A stretch of 64,000 nt of DNA from Eubacteriales bacterium (GTDB lineage: Bacteria; Bacillota; Clostridia; Oscillospirales; CAG-272), in the NCBI GenBank assembly GCA_045658185.1, contig JAZOUQ010000039.1, positions 7,702 through 71,701 of the forward strand, given 5' to 3'. The notes beneath the pieces are model-generated. The model made no database searches. It saw only the letters and a program-made list of their open reading frames with translations, and was not told where the DNA came from. The position numbers and the translations under genes are program-made. This document shows positions 21,345 to 29,908 of the stretch, piece by piece (the stretch's first letter is position 1; each line of letters opens with the position of its first letter).

Positions 21345-22450
21345 CATACACATATGTTTTGGCATAAAATATCCGCAATTTTTTCACACGCCTTGCCGTC
21401 ACCGTAAGGATTTTTTGCAGAACTCATACGGATATAGATTTCTTCGTTATTAAGAACCTCATTGACGGTTGCTTCTATCTGAAGTCTGTCAGTTCCCGCA
21501 AGTCTTGCAACACCTGCGAGAATACCCTCGGGGCGTTCTGTTTCGTTACGCATAATAAGAACGGGCTTCCTCAAGGCTGCCGCTTCCTCCTGAATACCTC
21601 CCGAGTCGGTGAGAATAATATGACTTCGTGCGAGAATATTATGACATTCCGTAACCTCAAGGGGAGGGCAGAGTGTTATTCTCTCGCAACCGCTGAGAAT
21701 TTTTTCAGCTATCTGCCGCACCGTACCGTTTGGGTGAACGGGATAGAGAACCTTCACGTCGGTATGCTCTTTTGCTAAATTCTTTACAGCACTCAGCATA
21801 TTTTTTAACGGCTCACCCACATTTTCACGGCGGTGTGCGGTAACAAAAATCAACCGTTCGCCGTTACGGGGAAGAAGATCGTTTTTGAAATCCTTACATA
21901 AAGTATAATCCAAGGAGTCTATTACGGTATTTCCCGTAATGTATACCTGTGAGGCTGGTATTCCTTCGTTCCAGAGATTTTCAGCGGCAAGATGAGTTGG
22001 TGCAAAATGATATGATGCGGCGAGGGCAACCGCTCGTCTGTTAAACTCCTCGGGAAAGGGGGAGTTCATATTATGACTTCTAAGTCCCGCCTCAACGTGT
22101 GCTATGGGAATATTCATATAAAACGAAGCAAGTGATACGGCAAATGCGGTGGTTGTATCGCCGTGGACTACGACTGCAGACGGCGACTCGCGACAGAGAA
22201 GTTCTTTTATTCCGTCAAGGATATTTACCGTAATGTCGAAAAGACTTTGTGAGGGACGCATAATATTCATATCGTAGTCGGGCACTATTCCGAATGTACG
22301 CATAACGTCCTCTGCTATTTCTCTGTGCTGCCCTGTGAATATAACTACCGTTTGAATATCACTTCGAGCCTTTAGCTCCTTTATGAGCGGACACATTTTA
22401 ATTGCCTCCGGACGTGTTCCGAAGGCAATTACTATTTTATTCTTATCCAT
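21344..22450 (-). CDS. wecB: UDP-N-acetylglucosamine 2-epimerase (non-hydrolysing)
   Basis: 368 aa. IAFGTRPEAIKMCPL, FTGQHRE, VHGDTTT and LTDSGGIQEEA are the conserved epimerase blocks. Confidence 0.9.
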   Translation of the reverse strand: MDKNKIVIAFGTRPEAIKMCPLIKELKARSDIQTVVIFTGQHREIAEDVMRTFGIVPDYDMNIMRPSQSLFDITVNILDGIKELLCRESPSAVVVHGDTTTAFAVSLASFYMNIPIAHVEAGLRSHNMNSPFPEEFNRRAVALAASYHFAPTHLAAENLWNEGIPASQVYITGNTVIDSLDYTLCKDFKNDLLPRNGERLIFVTAHRRENVGEPLKNMLSAVKNLAKEHTDVKVLYPVHPNGTVRQIAEKILSGCERITLCPPLEVTECHNILARSHIILTDSGGIQEEAAALRKPVLIMRNETERPEGILAGVARLAGTDRLQIEATVNEVLNNEEIYIRMSSAKNPYGDGKACEKIADILCQNICV

Positions 22451-23193
22451 CAGTATCCCGCCTTTATCTGTGCTTTTAGTCTTGCAAGAATTTTTTTCTC
22501 AAGTCTTGAAATATAGGATTGAGATATCCCCAATCTGTCGGCAACTTCCTTTTGAGTCATTTCCTTTTTCCCGCTCATACCGTACCTAAGCTCAATTATT
22601 TCTCTTTCTCTCGGTTCAAGGGATTCGACCGCACGTCTTACTGCCATACGCTCCTCAAATTGCTCGATTTCGTAGGATATGCTGTCGTCCTCGCTCCCGA
22701 GAATATCGGAGAGCAGAAGCTCGTTTCCGTCCCAATCCACGTTAAGAGGCTCGTCGATAGATACCTCTGCACGAGTTCCTGAATGTTTTCTTATGTACAT
22801 AAGTATTTCATTTTCAATGCATCTTGAAGCATAAGTAGCGAGCTTTATGTTTTTGTCTGCCTTAAAAGTATTTATGGCTTTGATAAGCCCGATAGTTCCG
22901 ATGGAAACAAGGTCCTCAAGACTTGCTCCGGTGTTGTCAAAACGCTTGGCGATATATACCACCAAGCGGAGATTATGCTCGATAAGTATTTGTCTTGCCG
23001 AATCTTCCTCTCCCAGCTTGGAGATCATTTCTATCTCTTCTTCACGGGTGAGAGGCGGTGGCAGGATTTCGGTGCTTCCGATAAAATATATACCCTTGGA
23101 CTTTTTTTGACTGAAACGGAATTTTATATTTTTTAAAAATCCTATTATTTTATATCCTGTTTTTTCAAGAAACGCTAATAATTTGTTTGACAT
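22450..23193 (-). CDS. sigE: Sporulation sigma factor SigE (pro-sigma-E with N-terminal pro-sequence)
   Basis: 247 aa. The pro-sequence ends at [18 protein letters not shown] (compare Bacillus YYIGGSEALPPPLSKDEE). Sigma-70 regions 2 to 4 are present, and the gene lies directly downstream of spoIIGA. Confidence 0.9.
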   Translation of the reverse strand: MSNKLLAFLEKTGYKIIGFLKNIKFRFSQKKSKGIYFIGSTEILPPPLTREEEIEMISKLGEEDSARQILIEHNLRLVVYIAKRFDNTGASLEDLVSIGTIGLIKAINTFKADKNIKLATYASRCIENEILMYIRKHSGTRAEVSIDEPLNVDWDGNELLLSDILGSEDDSISYEIEQFEERMAVRRAVESLEPREREIIELRYGMSGKKEMTQKEVADRLGISQSYISRLEKKILARLKAQIKAGY

Positions 23194-23214
23194 TATATTC
23201 CCCCCTTTAATTTG

Positions 23215-24045
23215 TTACATAAGAAGCTGACAAGGCACAAGTGCCTGACAGCCGTCGTTTTCTCCTAACTCCGATAGAGCCAATAGAGCGTCCACCTGTC
23301 TTTCATTAAGATATATTGCATCTAATCTTACGGCCATAAGCATTCCTGTGCCGGTAGCGGTTTTTGCCGGTATCAACCGTATTCTTGACGTATATTTTGC
23401 GGATAGACTATGAGCGTCTTCAGCGGAACACTTCAGAATGTCACTTGAAAAAAGACCAGAGAGAGAGGACTTGTCGGCTACGATACAAGGCTTTCCGCTT
23501 ATAGGATCACGCAATAGATTTCCACTGTCGCAAAAGCCTCGCAAAATTGTTGTTTTCCCTTGAAACTCAAGTCTCACGTCAGTATACCTTGCAGATGATT
23601 TTCGCCTGAAAAAGCGACCGCCAAGTAAGGTTATGACAGCACTTACGGTGGCAAGAAAAAGAAGAGTCCACGCAGATATTCCGTCCTCTTTTATTTCCGA
23701 AAAGGGAATATCAAGCGTGTTGAGAAGCTCAAAGGTTGCCGTCATAAATCCACCAAGCACGGCAGAAGTAGCTGTGTAGACGCAGGTATTTACAAGTATG
23801 GAGCGTGTTCCGTATACGATTATACACATTAGTCCGCAGACGGCGATATGTAATATCAGCTCCGGAAGTCCGTTTACGGGTAGAAACAGTGAAATATCGG
23901 CGTATATACCGCCCACGGTAGCTCCTAAAAGCATACGGAGCACAGACAGCTTACTGCCAAGCAACGTACCCGCAAGATAAAAACACAGAAAGTCCATACT
24001 GAAATTTATAATAAAAAACAAATCCAGATAAACCGTTTGCCCCAC
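23215..24045 (-). CDS. spoIIGA: Sigma-E processing peptidase SpoIIGA
   Basis: Polytopic N-terminus (YLDLFFIINFSMDFLCFYLAG) and the aspartic-protease block FCDSGN. I prefer the GTG at 24045 (8 nt after AGAGG), because the predicted -10 at 24082-24077 lies downstream of the TTG at 24075 that the ORF track uses. Confidence 0.85.
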   Translation of the reverse strand: MGQTVYLDLFFIINFSMDFLCFYLAGTLLGSKLSVLRMLLGATVGGIYADISLFLPVNGLPELILHIAVCGLMCIIVYGTRSILVNTCVYTATSAVLGGFMTATFELLNTLDIPFSEIKEDGISAWTLLFLATVSAVITLLGGRFFRRKSSARYTDVRLEFQGKTTILRGFCDSGNLLRDPISGKPCIVADKSSLSGLFSSDILKCSAEDAHSLSAKYTSRIRLIPAKTATGTGMLMAVRLDAIYLNERQVDALLALSELGENDGCQALVPCQLLM

Positions 24046-24076
24046 TTCTAAGACCTCTTTTACAGTATTTACCAAT

Positions 24077-24123
24077 ATTATACATCATAGCTGACGAATA
24101 ATTTGTCGCATTAGGTTGTCGTA
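24077..24123 (-). promoter_or_regulatory. Candidate spoIIG-type promoter with Spo0A-box-like repeats
   Basis: In gene sense, TGTATAAT (-10 at 24082-24077) and a -35-like GCGACA 21 nt upstream. There are three 0A-box-like heptamers on the plus strand: TGACGAA (24092-24098), TGTCGCA (24104-24110) and TGTCGTA (24117-24123). Confidence 0.35.
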
Positions 24124-24135
24124 TAAAAAATATTT

Positions 24136-24172
24136 AAAAAAAGAAAAAGGAATATTCCGAGGAATATTCCTT
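24136..24172 (-). terminator. Intrinsic terminator after rsmA
   Basis: A palindrome, AAGGAATATTCC-ga-GGAATATTCCTT (24147-24172), followed on the minus strand by a long T-run. Confidence 0.7.
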
Positions 24173-24189
24173 AAATTTATGTGTTGATG

Positions 24190-25062
24190 TTAATTGCTGG
24201 GGTTCAGCGAGTCGTATATAGAGTCGGAAAGTCCGACGAATTGCTCAACGGTCAGCTTTTCTCCTCTGATGTCAGCAGAGTGACCGCAGTTGAGAATAAT
24301 ATTCGTAAGCTGTTCCTTGGAAAGCTCTCCGAAAGCGGATGCAAGAGCGTTCGGAAGAGTTTTTCTCCTTTGCTCAAAAGCCCCCTTTACCGTGCGGAAG
24401 AATATGGCTTCGTCCTTGGGAACGAACGGCTTTTGCTTGTGGAGCTTTATGCGAATTACTGAGGATTCTACCTTGGGAGAGGGGAGAAAGTTGTGAGCAC
24501 CTACCCTGAAAAGTCTTTCAGGCTCTCCGTAATAGTTAAGAACGGAGGTGATAGCACCGCAATTCTTCGAGCCGGGGGCACAGCACAAACGGTCTGCGAC
24601 CTCGGACTGTATCATAACTGTGATATAGTCAAACGGTAACCCCGACTCCAACAGCTTCATAAGTATTGGAGTGGTGATATAGTAGGGGAGATTAGCACAA
24701 ACCGACACCCGTCCCCTCTCAAAATAAGGTGCGAGAAGCTCACCAAGATCAACCTTCATAACGTCGCTGTTGATAACGGTGACGTTACTGAATTCGCCCA
24801 ACGTATATTTTAAGACAGGAATAAGACCGTTGTCAATTTCTACGGCAATAACCTTTTTGTATCGTACCGCCAGCTCACGGGTAAGTACGCCCACCCCGGG
24901 ACCTATCTCAAGTATGGTGCTTTCTGCGTCGTCGCAGCAGTTGTCGGCAATGTCCTCAACCACCGATACGTTGGTAAGAAAGTTCTGTCCGAACTCCTTG
25001 CGGAAGTTGATGTTGAACATAGCCATTATTTGTTTTATAGTTTTTACGTCACAAAGATTCAT
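24190..25062 (-). CDS. rsmA: 16S rRNA (adenine1518/1519-N6)-dimethyltransferase
   Basis: 290 aa. FGQNFL, the SAM motif LEIGPGVGVLT and NLPYYITTPI are present. Confidence 0.95.
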   Translation of the reverse strand: MNLCDVKTIKQIMAMFNINFRKEFGQNFLTNVSVVEDIADNCCDDAESTILEIGPGVGVLTRELAVRYKKVIAVEIDNGLIPVLKYTLGEFSNVTVINSDVMKVDLGELLAPYFERGRVSVCANLPYYITTPILMKLLESGLPFDYITVMIQSEVADRLCCAPGSKNCGAITSVLNYYGEPERLFRVGAHNFLPSPKVESSVIRIKLHKQKPFVPKDEAIFFRTVKGAFEQRRKTLPNALASAFGELSKEQLTNIILNCGHSADIRGEKLTVEQFVGLSDSIYDSLNPSN

Positions 25063-25071
25063 AGAAATTCC

Positions 25072-25284
25072 TCAATCCTCGTCCTCGTCGGTTTCGGTAA
25101 GAACAATATCCTCCTCAACCTCCTTGTTAGCATTTTCGTCTATGCCGAGTGTTTTTGCCACCTTCTTTTTTGCCTTGCGGAAGAGAATTACAGCGGCAGC
25201 ACCCACAGCCACGGCAACACCGCTTATTGAGGTTACTACGATCGAAATAGTAGATGCATCAATGTAAAGGGAATAAAACATCAT
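25072..25284 (-). CDS. Small single-TM protein with a highly acidic C-terminal tail
   Basis: 70 aa. A TM helix (ISIVVTSISGVAVAVGAAAVILF) is followed by KAKKKVAK and then EVEEDIVLTETDEDED. AAAGGA lies upstream, and the gene ends 10 nt before the rsmA start. Confidence 0.5.
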   Translation of the reverse strand: MMFYSLYIDASTISIVVTSISGVAVAVGAAAVILFRKAKKKVAKTLGIDENANKEVEEDIVLTETDEDED

Positions 25285-25321
25285 AAATTACAATCCTTTC
25301 ATAAAGTGAAGACCATATAAG

Positions 25322-25350
25322 ATTATAATATATTTTTTGCCTTTTGTCAA
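25322..25350 (-). promoter_or_regulatory. Consensus sigma-A promoter for the small membrane protein and rsmA
   Basis: On the minus strand: TTGACA (25350-25345), exactly 17 nt, then TATAAT (25327-25322). The -35 overlaps the stop codon of the YidC-TagF gene. Confidence 0.55.
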
Positions 25351-27425
25351 CCCTTTGACGTCAGTCTTGACAGTATATACTTAGCACCGACGGCAGCCGA
25401 ATTTCCGTGATTGAACAAATGCTCCTTGAAGGCTTGGTTTATTTTTTCGGAATAGACCTCCTTGTTTTTCAAAAGGTCTTCTGTGTACTGCTTGACATCT
25501 GACAATTCATTCTTGTCAAGAGCAATTCCCAGCTTACTTCTCAAGGCTATTTCCACAGGCTCAATTCCAATATTCCGCCAATTGGGGTTTCGACACTTGA
25601 TTTCCGTGTTTACAAATATAGCGGGGCGTCCCGTAGCAAAGCAAAATTCGGGAGCGATTCCCGACCAATCGGTTATAAGAAGATCGGATGAATATATAGA
25701 AGAGCTGTCGGAAAAATCAAGCTCGAATTCAAGTCCGTCACCGACCTTATTTGCGTATTTGTCAACTATCTTTTTCATACGCTCACCGTATCTTTTAACG
25801 TATTCGGGGTGAGGTCGAACGGTGATTTTATATTCGTCACAAAGCAAGTTATCAATAAGTGTGTCTATACAGCTGTCAAGAAGATTATCTTCCTGCCAAG
25901 AGGGTGCTATAAGTATGCGTTTTCTTTCACCTGATGGAGATGAAAGAAAACGTGCTTTTTTCGACAGCTCGTCAGAGAGAGGATATCCGAAACGAACAAG
26001 AATTTTTTCTTTAAGACCGTAGTGTTTTTCGGTTGCTCTTATTTCTTTTTCTGTATGAGGTCCTGTGCAAAAAATCGTGTCAAATTCGTCAAGAGCTCCC
26101 TCGGTAAAGCCCATATGAACACTCATAGTGTCGTGGGGGACGTAGACGTACTCAATATCTTTTTTCATAAAAGAGCGTTTGAGGTAAAGCTTGTTGAATT
26201 CTGGGGTGGTCATAAGAACCATATCTGCCTCAAGTTTCATCATAAGCGTCACTGTTTTCTTCATTCCAATGTAATATGGCTTGATGCGAGGGTTTTCCTT
26301 TGCAATCTCAAATATCACGTCGTCGGGATCGTTGGTAACGTAATGTACAACAATGTTTGAACGCTTGTGAAGCTCGGTGATAATGTCCTTGAAATATTTA
26401 TAAAAGCCGCTTTTTTCTGAATATATAACAAGATGCTTGTTGACTATACCGAAGAAACGCTTGTAGTCCTGCTTTTCTCTTTTTTTATTCAGCTTTTGTT
26501 GCTTTTTGTCTATGTCGCTGTCAAGTGAATTAAGCTCATTGAGAGCCGCTCTGCTACGCTCAAGAGCGTCGTAGTCAACCTGCTTTTTAGGAGAAATGAC
26601 CCAATTCAGTGCGTACATCTGAGCTATGGACAAAAGATTACTTGCCACCCAGTAAAGAGCGATTCCTACGGGAACGAAACAGCCGAGATAAAGAGATATA
26701 CCAACGGAAACTGCCATAAGACCGTATTTATTGTAAACGCTTTGCTCGTGCTGTATAACGTTTGAGAGATTTTGAGTAAAGCACAAAAGCCACGCTGAAG
26801 CTCCTGCTATAAGCGGAACGAGAGCGTATACTCCCCATAGCGTTGAAGGGACGAAAGACAGATCAAGTCCGAAAAGCGAGGTGTCAAACTCCATAACCGA
26901 ATCAATGACCGATGCAAGTTCAGCTCCGTCCACGCCTAATACGGCAGATTCTGTCGTGATTCCTCCGTTTTGTATTGTCTGAATGACGGATATTTGCCAA
27001 GCAGAGTCCTCAAAATTAACACCTGCAAACTCACCTAATGCGTGGGATACTGCGGGAGATATATCTAATAAGTAATCCATAGGTGCATAAATAATTCCAA
27101 TGACTGCCATAAGCAGAATTATTTGCACTGCAAGTGGAATAAGAGATGCGGCAGGACGGTATTTGTGCTTTTTGAAGAGTTTTGCTTGTTCGTCTGCAAT
27201 CATATCGGCATCCCCGAAAAATCTTGCCTTGATGAAATTTATCTCGGGCTGTATCTTTACCATAAGGATTGAGTTTTTATGTACCCATACTGAGAGGGGG
27301 AGAAGAAGTATCTTGGTTGCAAGGGTGAAGAGCAGTATAGCTGCTCCGTAATTACCCACAAGCTGCCAACACCACTTCATAAGTATTCCAAAGGGAATAC
27401 AAATATAGTAAAGAATAGTATCCAT
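25347..27425 (-). CDS. Fusion protein: YidC/Oxa1-family insertase domain plus CDP-glycerol glycerophosphotransferase (TagB/TagF-like) domain
   Basis: 692 aa. The N-terminal about 290 aa carry YidC blocks (YGAAILLFTLATKILLLPL, QPEINFIKARF, DEQAKLFKKHKYRP, PVGIALYWVASNLLSIAQ). A K/Q-rich linker follows. The C-terminal about 370 aa carry TagF-like blocks (ILIAPSWQEDN, VRPHPEY, LITDWSGIAPEF). Confidence 0.85.
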   Translation of the reverse strand: MDTILYYICIPFGILMKWCWQLVGNYGAAILLFTLATKILLLPLSVWVHKNSILMVKIQPEINFIKARFFGDADMIADEQAKLFKKHKYRPAASLIPLAVQIILLMAVIGIIYAPMDYLLDISPAVSHALGEFAGVNFEDSAWQISVIQTIQNGGITTESAVLGVDGAELASVIDSVMEFDTSLFGLDLSFVPSTLWGVYALVPLIAGASAWLLCFTQNLSNVIQHEQSVYNKYGLMAVSVGISLYLGCFVPVGIALYWVASNLLSIAQMYALNWVISPKKQVDYDALERSRAALNELNSLDSDIDKKQQKLNKKREKQDYKRFFGIVNKHLVIYSEKSGFYKYFKDIITELHKRSNIVVHYVTNDPDDVIFEIAKENPRIKPYYIGMKKTVTLMMKLEADMVLMTTPEFNKLYLKRSFMKKDIEYVYVPHDTMSVHMGFTEGALDEFDTIFCTGPHTEKEIRATEKHYGLKEKILVRFGYPLSDELSKKARFLSSPSGERKRILIAPSWQEDNLLDSCIDTLIDNLLCDEYKITVRPHPEYVKRYGERMKKIVDKYANKVGDGLEFELDFSDSSSIYSSDLLITDWSGIAPEFCFATGRPAIFVNTEIKCRNPNWRNIGIEPVEIALRSKLGIALDKNELSDVKQYTEDLLKNKEVYSEKINQAFKEHLFNHGNSAAVGAKYILSRLTSKG

Positions 27426-27437
27426 AGGTTACCGCCT

Positions 27438-29210
27438 TTAATTGTAAATACGTTGAATTTCTTTTCTTGACACGATGCTCCAATTTGAAAAATCGTTTGC
27501 ATTGCCGATTATTTTGTATTCTATTTCCTCTGCCGTATTTCCGTTCATACGGTGAAACACGTATCTTCGTGTGCGTTCAGCCGCTTCTGATACGGTCAAA
27601 AGGTTTTCACCGCCGCATCCCTCGGGAATATCCAAACCCTCCGAGGCAAAAATAGTTTTCCAGATGTCTTCCTGACAGGCTTGAGCCTTGTTTTCGATTA
27701 TATCTGTGTTAACAGCTCCGCTTGATTTAAAAAGAAGAGTGGTGACTCTTGCACCCTCCACGGGCTTGGAGTCGCTTATCGCCGCCGCGTGGTCGCCCGT
27801 GATAACGATAGTAGCGTCGTCGTATACGCCAAGACGCTTCATCTCGCGAATATATCTGTTGATTATAGCAAACGATTGAGTTGCCATATCGAGTATGTTG
27901 CTGTTATTTCCTTCGACCTCATTAAATTGGGCATCGTATTTTGAAGGGCCGTGACATCCGTCGATATGCAAGAACGTGTACCTGCCTGCCTCATTCGTGA
28001 GTGTGAAATCCTCTGACGTTAACTGCTCATATACTTTTTTGTTGTCTGTGGAATATTTTTCCTCGTCGGAGTCAGAGGAAAATTCCACCAGAGAAGAGAA
28101 GGACGACGTGCTGATAAAGTCTACCGTTCCCTTTAGGAAGAACGGAAAATATCTGTATGCGGAAAAAGCGATCATAGAGCCTATGAGCTGTGCTTTGTCT
28201 GTTATCCTCATTGAGGTATACGAGGTGACGTTTTGGGTATATTCCGCCATAACGGATGCGTTGTCATAGGCGTAATAATCTGCCGTATAAATGTTTATAC
28301 CGTAACCGTTATCGTTGAGATAGCGGAGATTATCTGCGTTTTGGTAAGCCTCTTTAAAGTAGTCAAGTCTGTCTGTATCTCCCGACTTTTCAGCACCTGT
28401 CAGCATGTATGTTATTGCGGGGAAGGTGCGAGGATAAAGTGATACGTTGTCGCTGTAATACGTAAATCCATCAAGCTCAGAAAGAAGCTCGGGTGCGTCT
28501 GAAACGATTTTTTTGTAATATGAAGAATCAAATCTGTCTACGACGAAAACGACGACGTTGTTGTTTTCGGATAAGGTCGTAAGATTTTCAGCGGTCAGCA
28601 TTTTGGCACCGATGGAGTCATTACCTTGGCTAAGAATATCTTCTTGATTTGCAAAAACATCGTCCTTGAAGGACACCGTTACAGTACCCACGCACTCCAT
28701 AAATAAAATCAAAGCAAGTCCAAAGGATACGATCGTTTTTAGATTTTTTCTGACGGATTTAAGCTTTAACACACAGACAATCGTTATTGCGAGAGTTGAA
28801 GCCCATATGACAGCGTTTGTTACAACAAGCCAAGGCGGAGCCGCTTCGGTTACGCCGTCACCGGTGAGAGCAGTATATCCGAAGTTAAGGTAACTTCCCT
28901 GAAGGAAAAGCATAACGGACGCCCAAAAAAGAACTGCCGTGTAAACTCGGTATGCCGTTTTTCTCAACAAAAGAGCAATTGCCGACAAAATAACTCCGCA
29001 AATAAAAGTAATTATCAGGCAGGGAAAAAGAAAATCGTATAGAGTAAATAAAAATTCCGCTCTGTTTTGAGCAAACAGGTCAAACGGACCGTACAAAAAC
29101 AGAGTAACGGGCAGAGAGAAACCCGCAAGAAGGGAAGGAGCGATCTTGCGTTTCAAGCGTTTTATCGCCTTGTTTCTATTTTCGGAATTTTGAATTTTTC
29201 CGTTATCCAT
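27438..29210 (-). CDS. LTA-synthase/sulfatase-family membrane phosphotransferase (LtaS/EptA-like)
   Basis: 590 aa with about five N-terminal TM helices. The extracytoplasmic alkaline-phosphatase-superfamily domain has VVVFVVDRFD, YPRTFPA (candidate nucleophile Thr), HIDGCHGP and ITGDHA. Confidence 0.8.
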   Translation of the reverse strand: MDNGKIQNSENRNKAIKRLKRKIAPSLLAGFSLPVTLFLYGPFDLFAQNRAEFLFTLYDFLFPCLIITFICGVILSAIALLLRKTAYRVYTAVLFWASVMLFLQGSYLNFGYTALTGDGVTEAAPPWLVVTNAVIWASTLAITIVCVLKLKSVRKNLKTIVSFGLALILFMECVGTVTVSFKDDVFANQEDILSQGNDSIGAKMLTAENLTTLSENNNVVVFVVDRFDSSYYKKIVSDAPELLSELDGFTYYSDNVSLYPRTFPAITYMLTGAEKSGDTDRLDYFKEAYQNADNLRYLNDNGYGINIYTADYYAYDNASVMAEYTQNVTSYTSMRITDKAQLIGSMIAFSAYRYFPFFLKGTVDFISTSSFSSLVEFSSDSDEEKYSTDNKKVYEQLTSEDFTLTNEAGRYTFLHIDGCHGPSKYDAQFNEVEGNNSNILDMATQSFAIINRYIREMKRLGVYDDATIVITGDHAAAISDSKPVEGARVTTLLFKSSGAVNTDIIENKAQACQEDIWKTIFASEGLDIPEGCGGENLLTVSEAAERTRRYVFHRMNGNTAEEIEYKIIGNANDFSNWSIVSRKEIQRIYN

Positions 29211-29342
29211 ATGTTCTCCTGGAATTAAAAAATATCACTATAATTTTATCATAGAAAGCCGATTATTTCAAGAGCTTGGAGTAAAGTTATACAAATTAAA
29301 AATATATTTTTTAACAAAATTCGCAAAAATGTAAAACGGCAC

Positions 29343-29371
29343 TTGATTTATTTGTGAAATAGATGTATAAT
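29343..29371 (+). promoter_or_regulatory. Candidate sigma-A promoter of the dCMP deaminase gene
   Basis: TTGATT (29343-29348), a 17-nt spacer, then TATAAT (29366-29371). Confidence 0.45.
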
Positions 29372-29409
29372 AAACTATGTATGCAAAAATTTATTCAGGA
29401 GATAAGAAA

Positions 29410-29898
29410 ATGAGTAGAATATCAAAAGAGAATTACTACCTTGACATAGCACAGACGGTTGCCGAGAGAGGCACTTGTATGCGTAGACTTTTCGGAGCGA
29501 TTATAGTAAAGGACGACGTTATCGTTTCCACGGGATACAACGGAGCACCCAGAGGAAGAAAAAACTGTAACGATATTAAGAGCTGTATACGCGACGAGCT
29601 TAAGATCCCAAGAGGAGAAAGATATGAGATGTGTCGCTCCGTACACGCAGAGGCCAACGCAATAATTGCGGCGGCAAGAGAGAGAATGCTCGGAGCAACT
29701 CTTTATATGGTCTGCATTTCACCCCAAACGGGAGAGCTTTTCAGCGGAACAAACAGCTGTATGATGTGTAAGCGTCAGATAATAAACGCGGGAATAGAAA
29801 CCGTAGTGGTAAGAGATACCAAGGACGAGTATAGAGTTATAAAGGTATCTGATTGGATAGAGAACGATGATTCTCTTTCGGGACAGTTTGGTTATTGA
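29410..29898 (+). CDS. comEB: Deoxycytidylate (dCMP) deaminase, ComEB-like
   Basis: The start MSRISKENYYLDIA follows AGGAGA. The zinc motifs HAEANAI and CMMCKRQIINAGI are present. Confidence 0.85.
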   Translation: MSRISKENYYLDIAQTVAERGTCMRRLFGAIIVKDDVIVSTGYNGAPRGRKNCNDIKSCIRDELKIPRGERYEMCRSVHAEANAIIAAARERMLGATLYMVCISPQTGELFSGTNSCMMCKRQIINAGIETVVVRDTKDEYRVIKVSDWIENDDSLSGQFGY

Positions 29899-29908
29899 TG
29901 AGGATTTT

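Noticed and set aside
20281-21402. A 373-aa ORF on the minus strand
   Set aside because: It is antisense to gap (GAPDH) and runs through the gap terminator. It has no recognisable motifs and is a shadow ORF.
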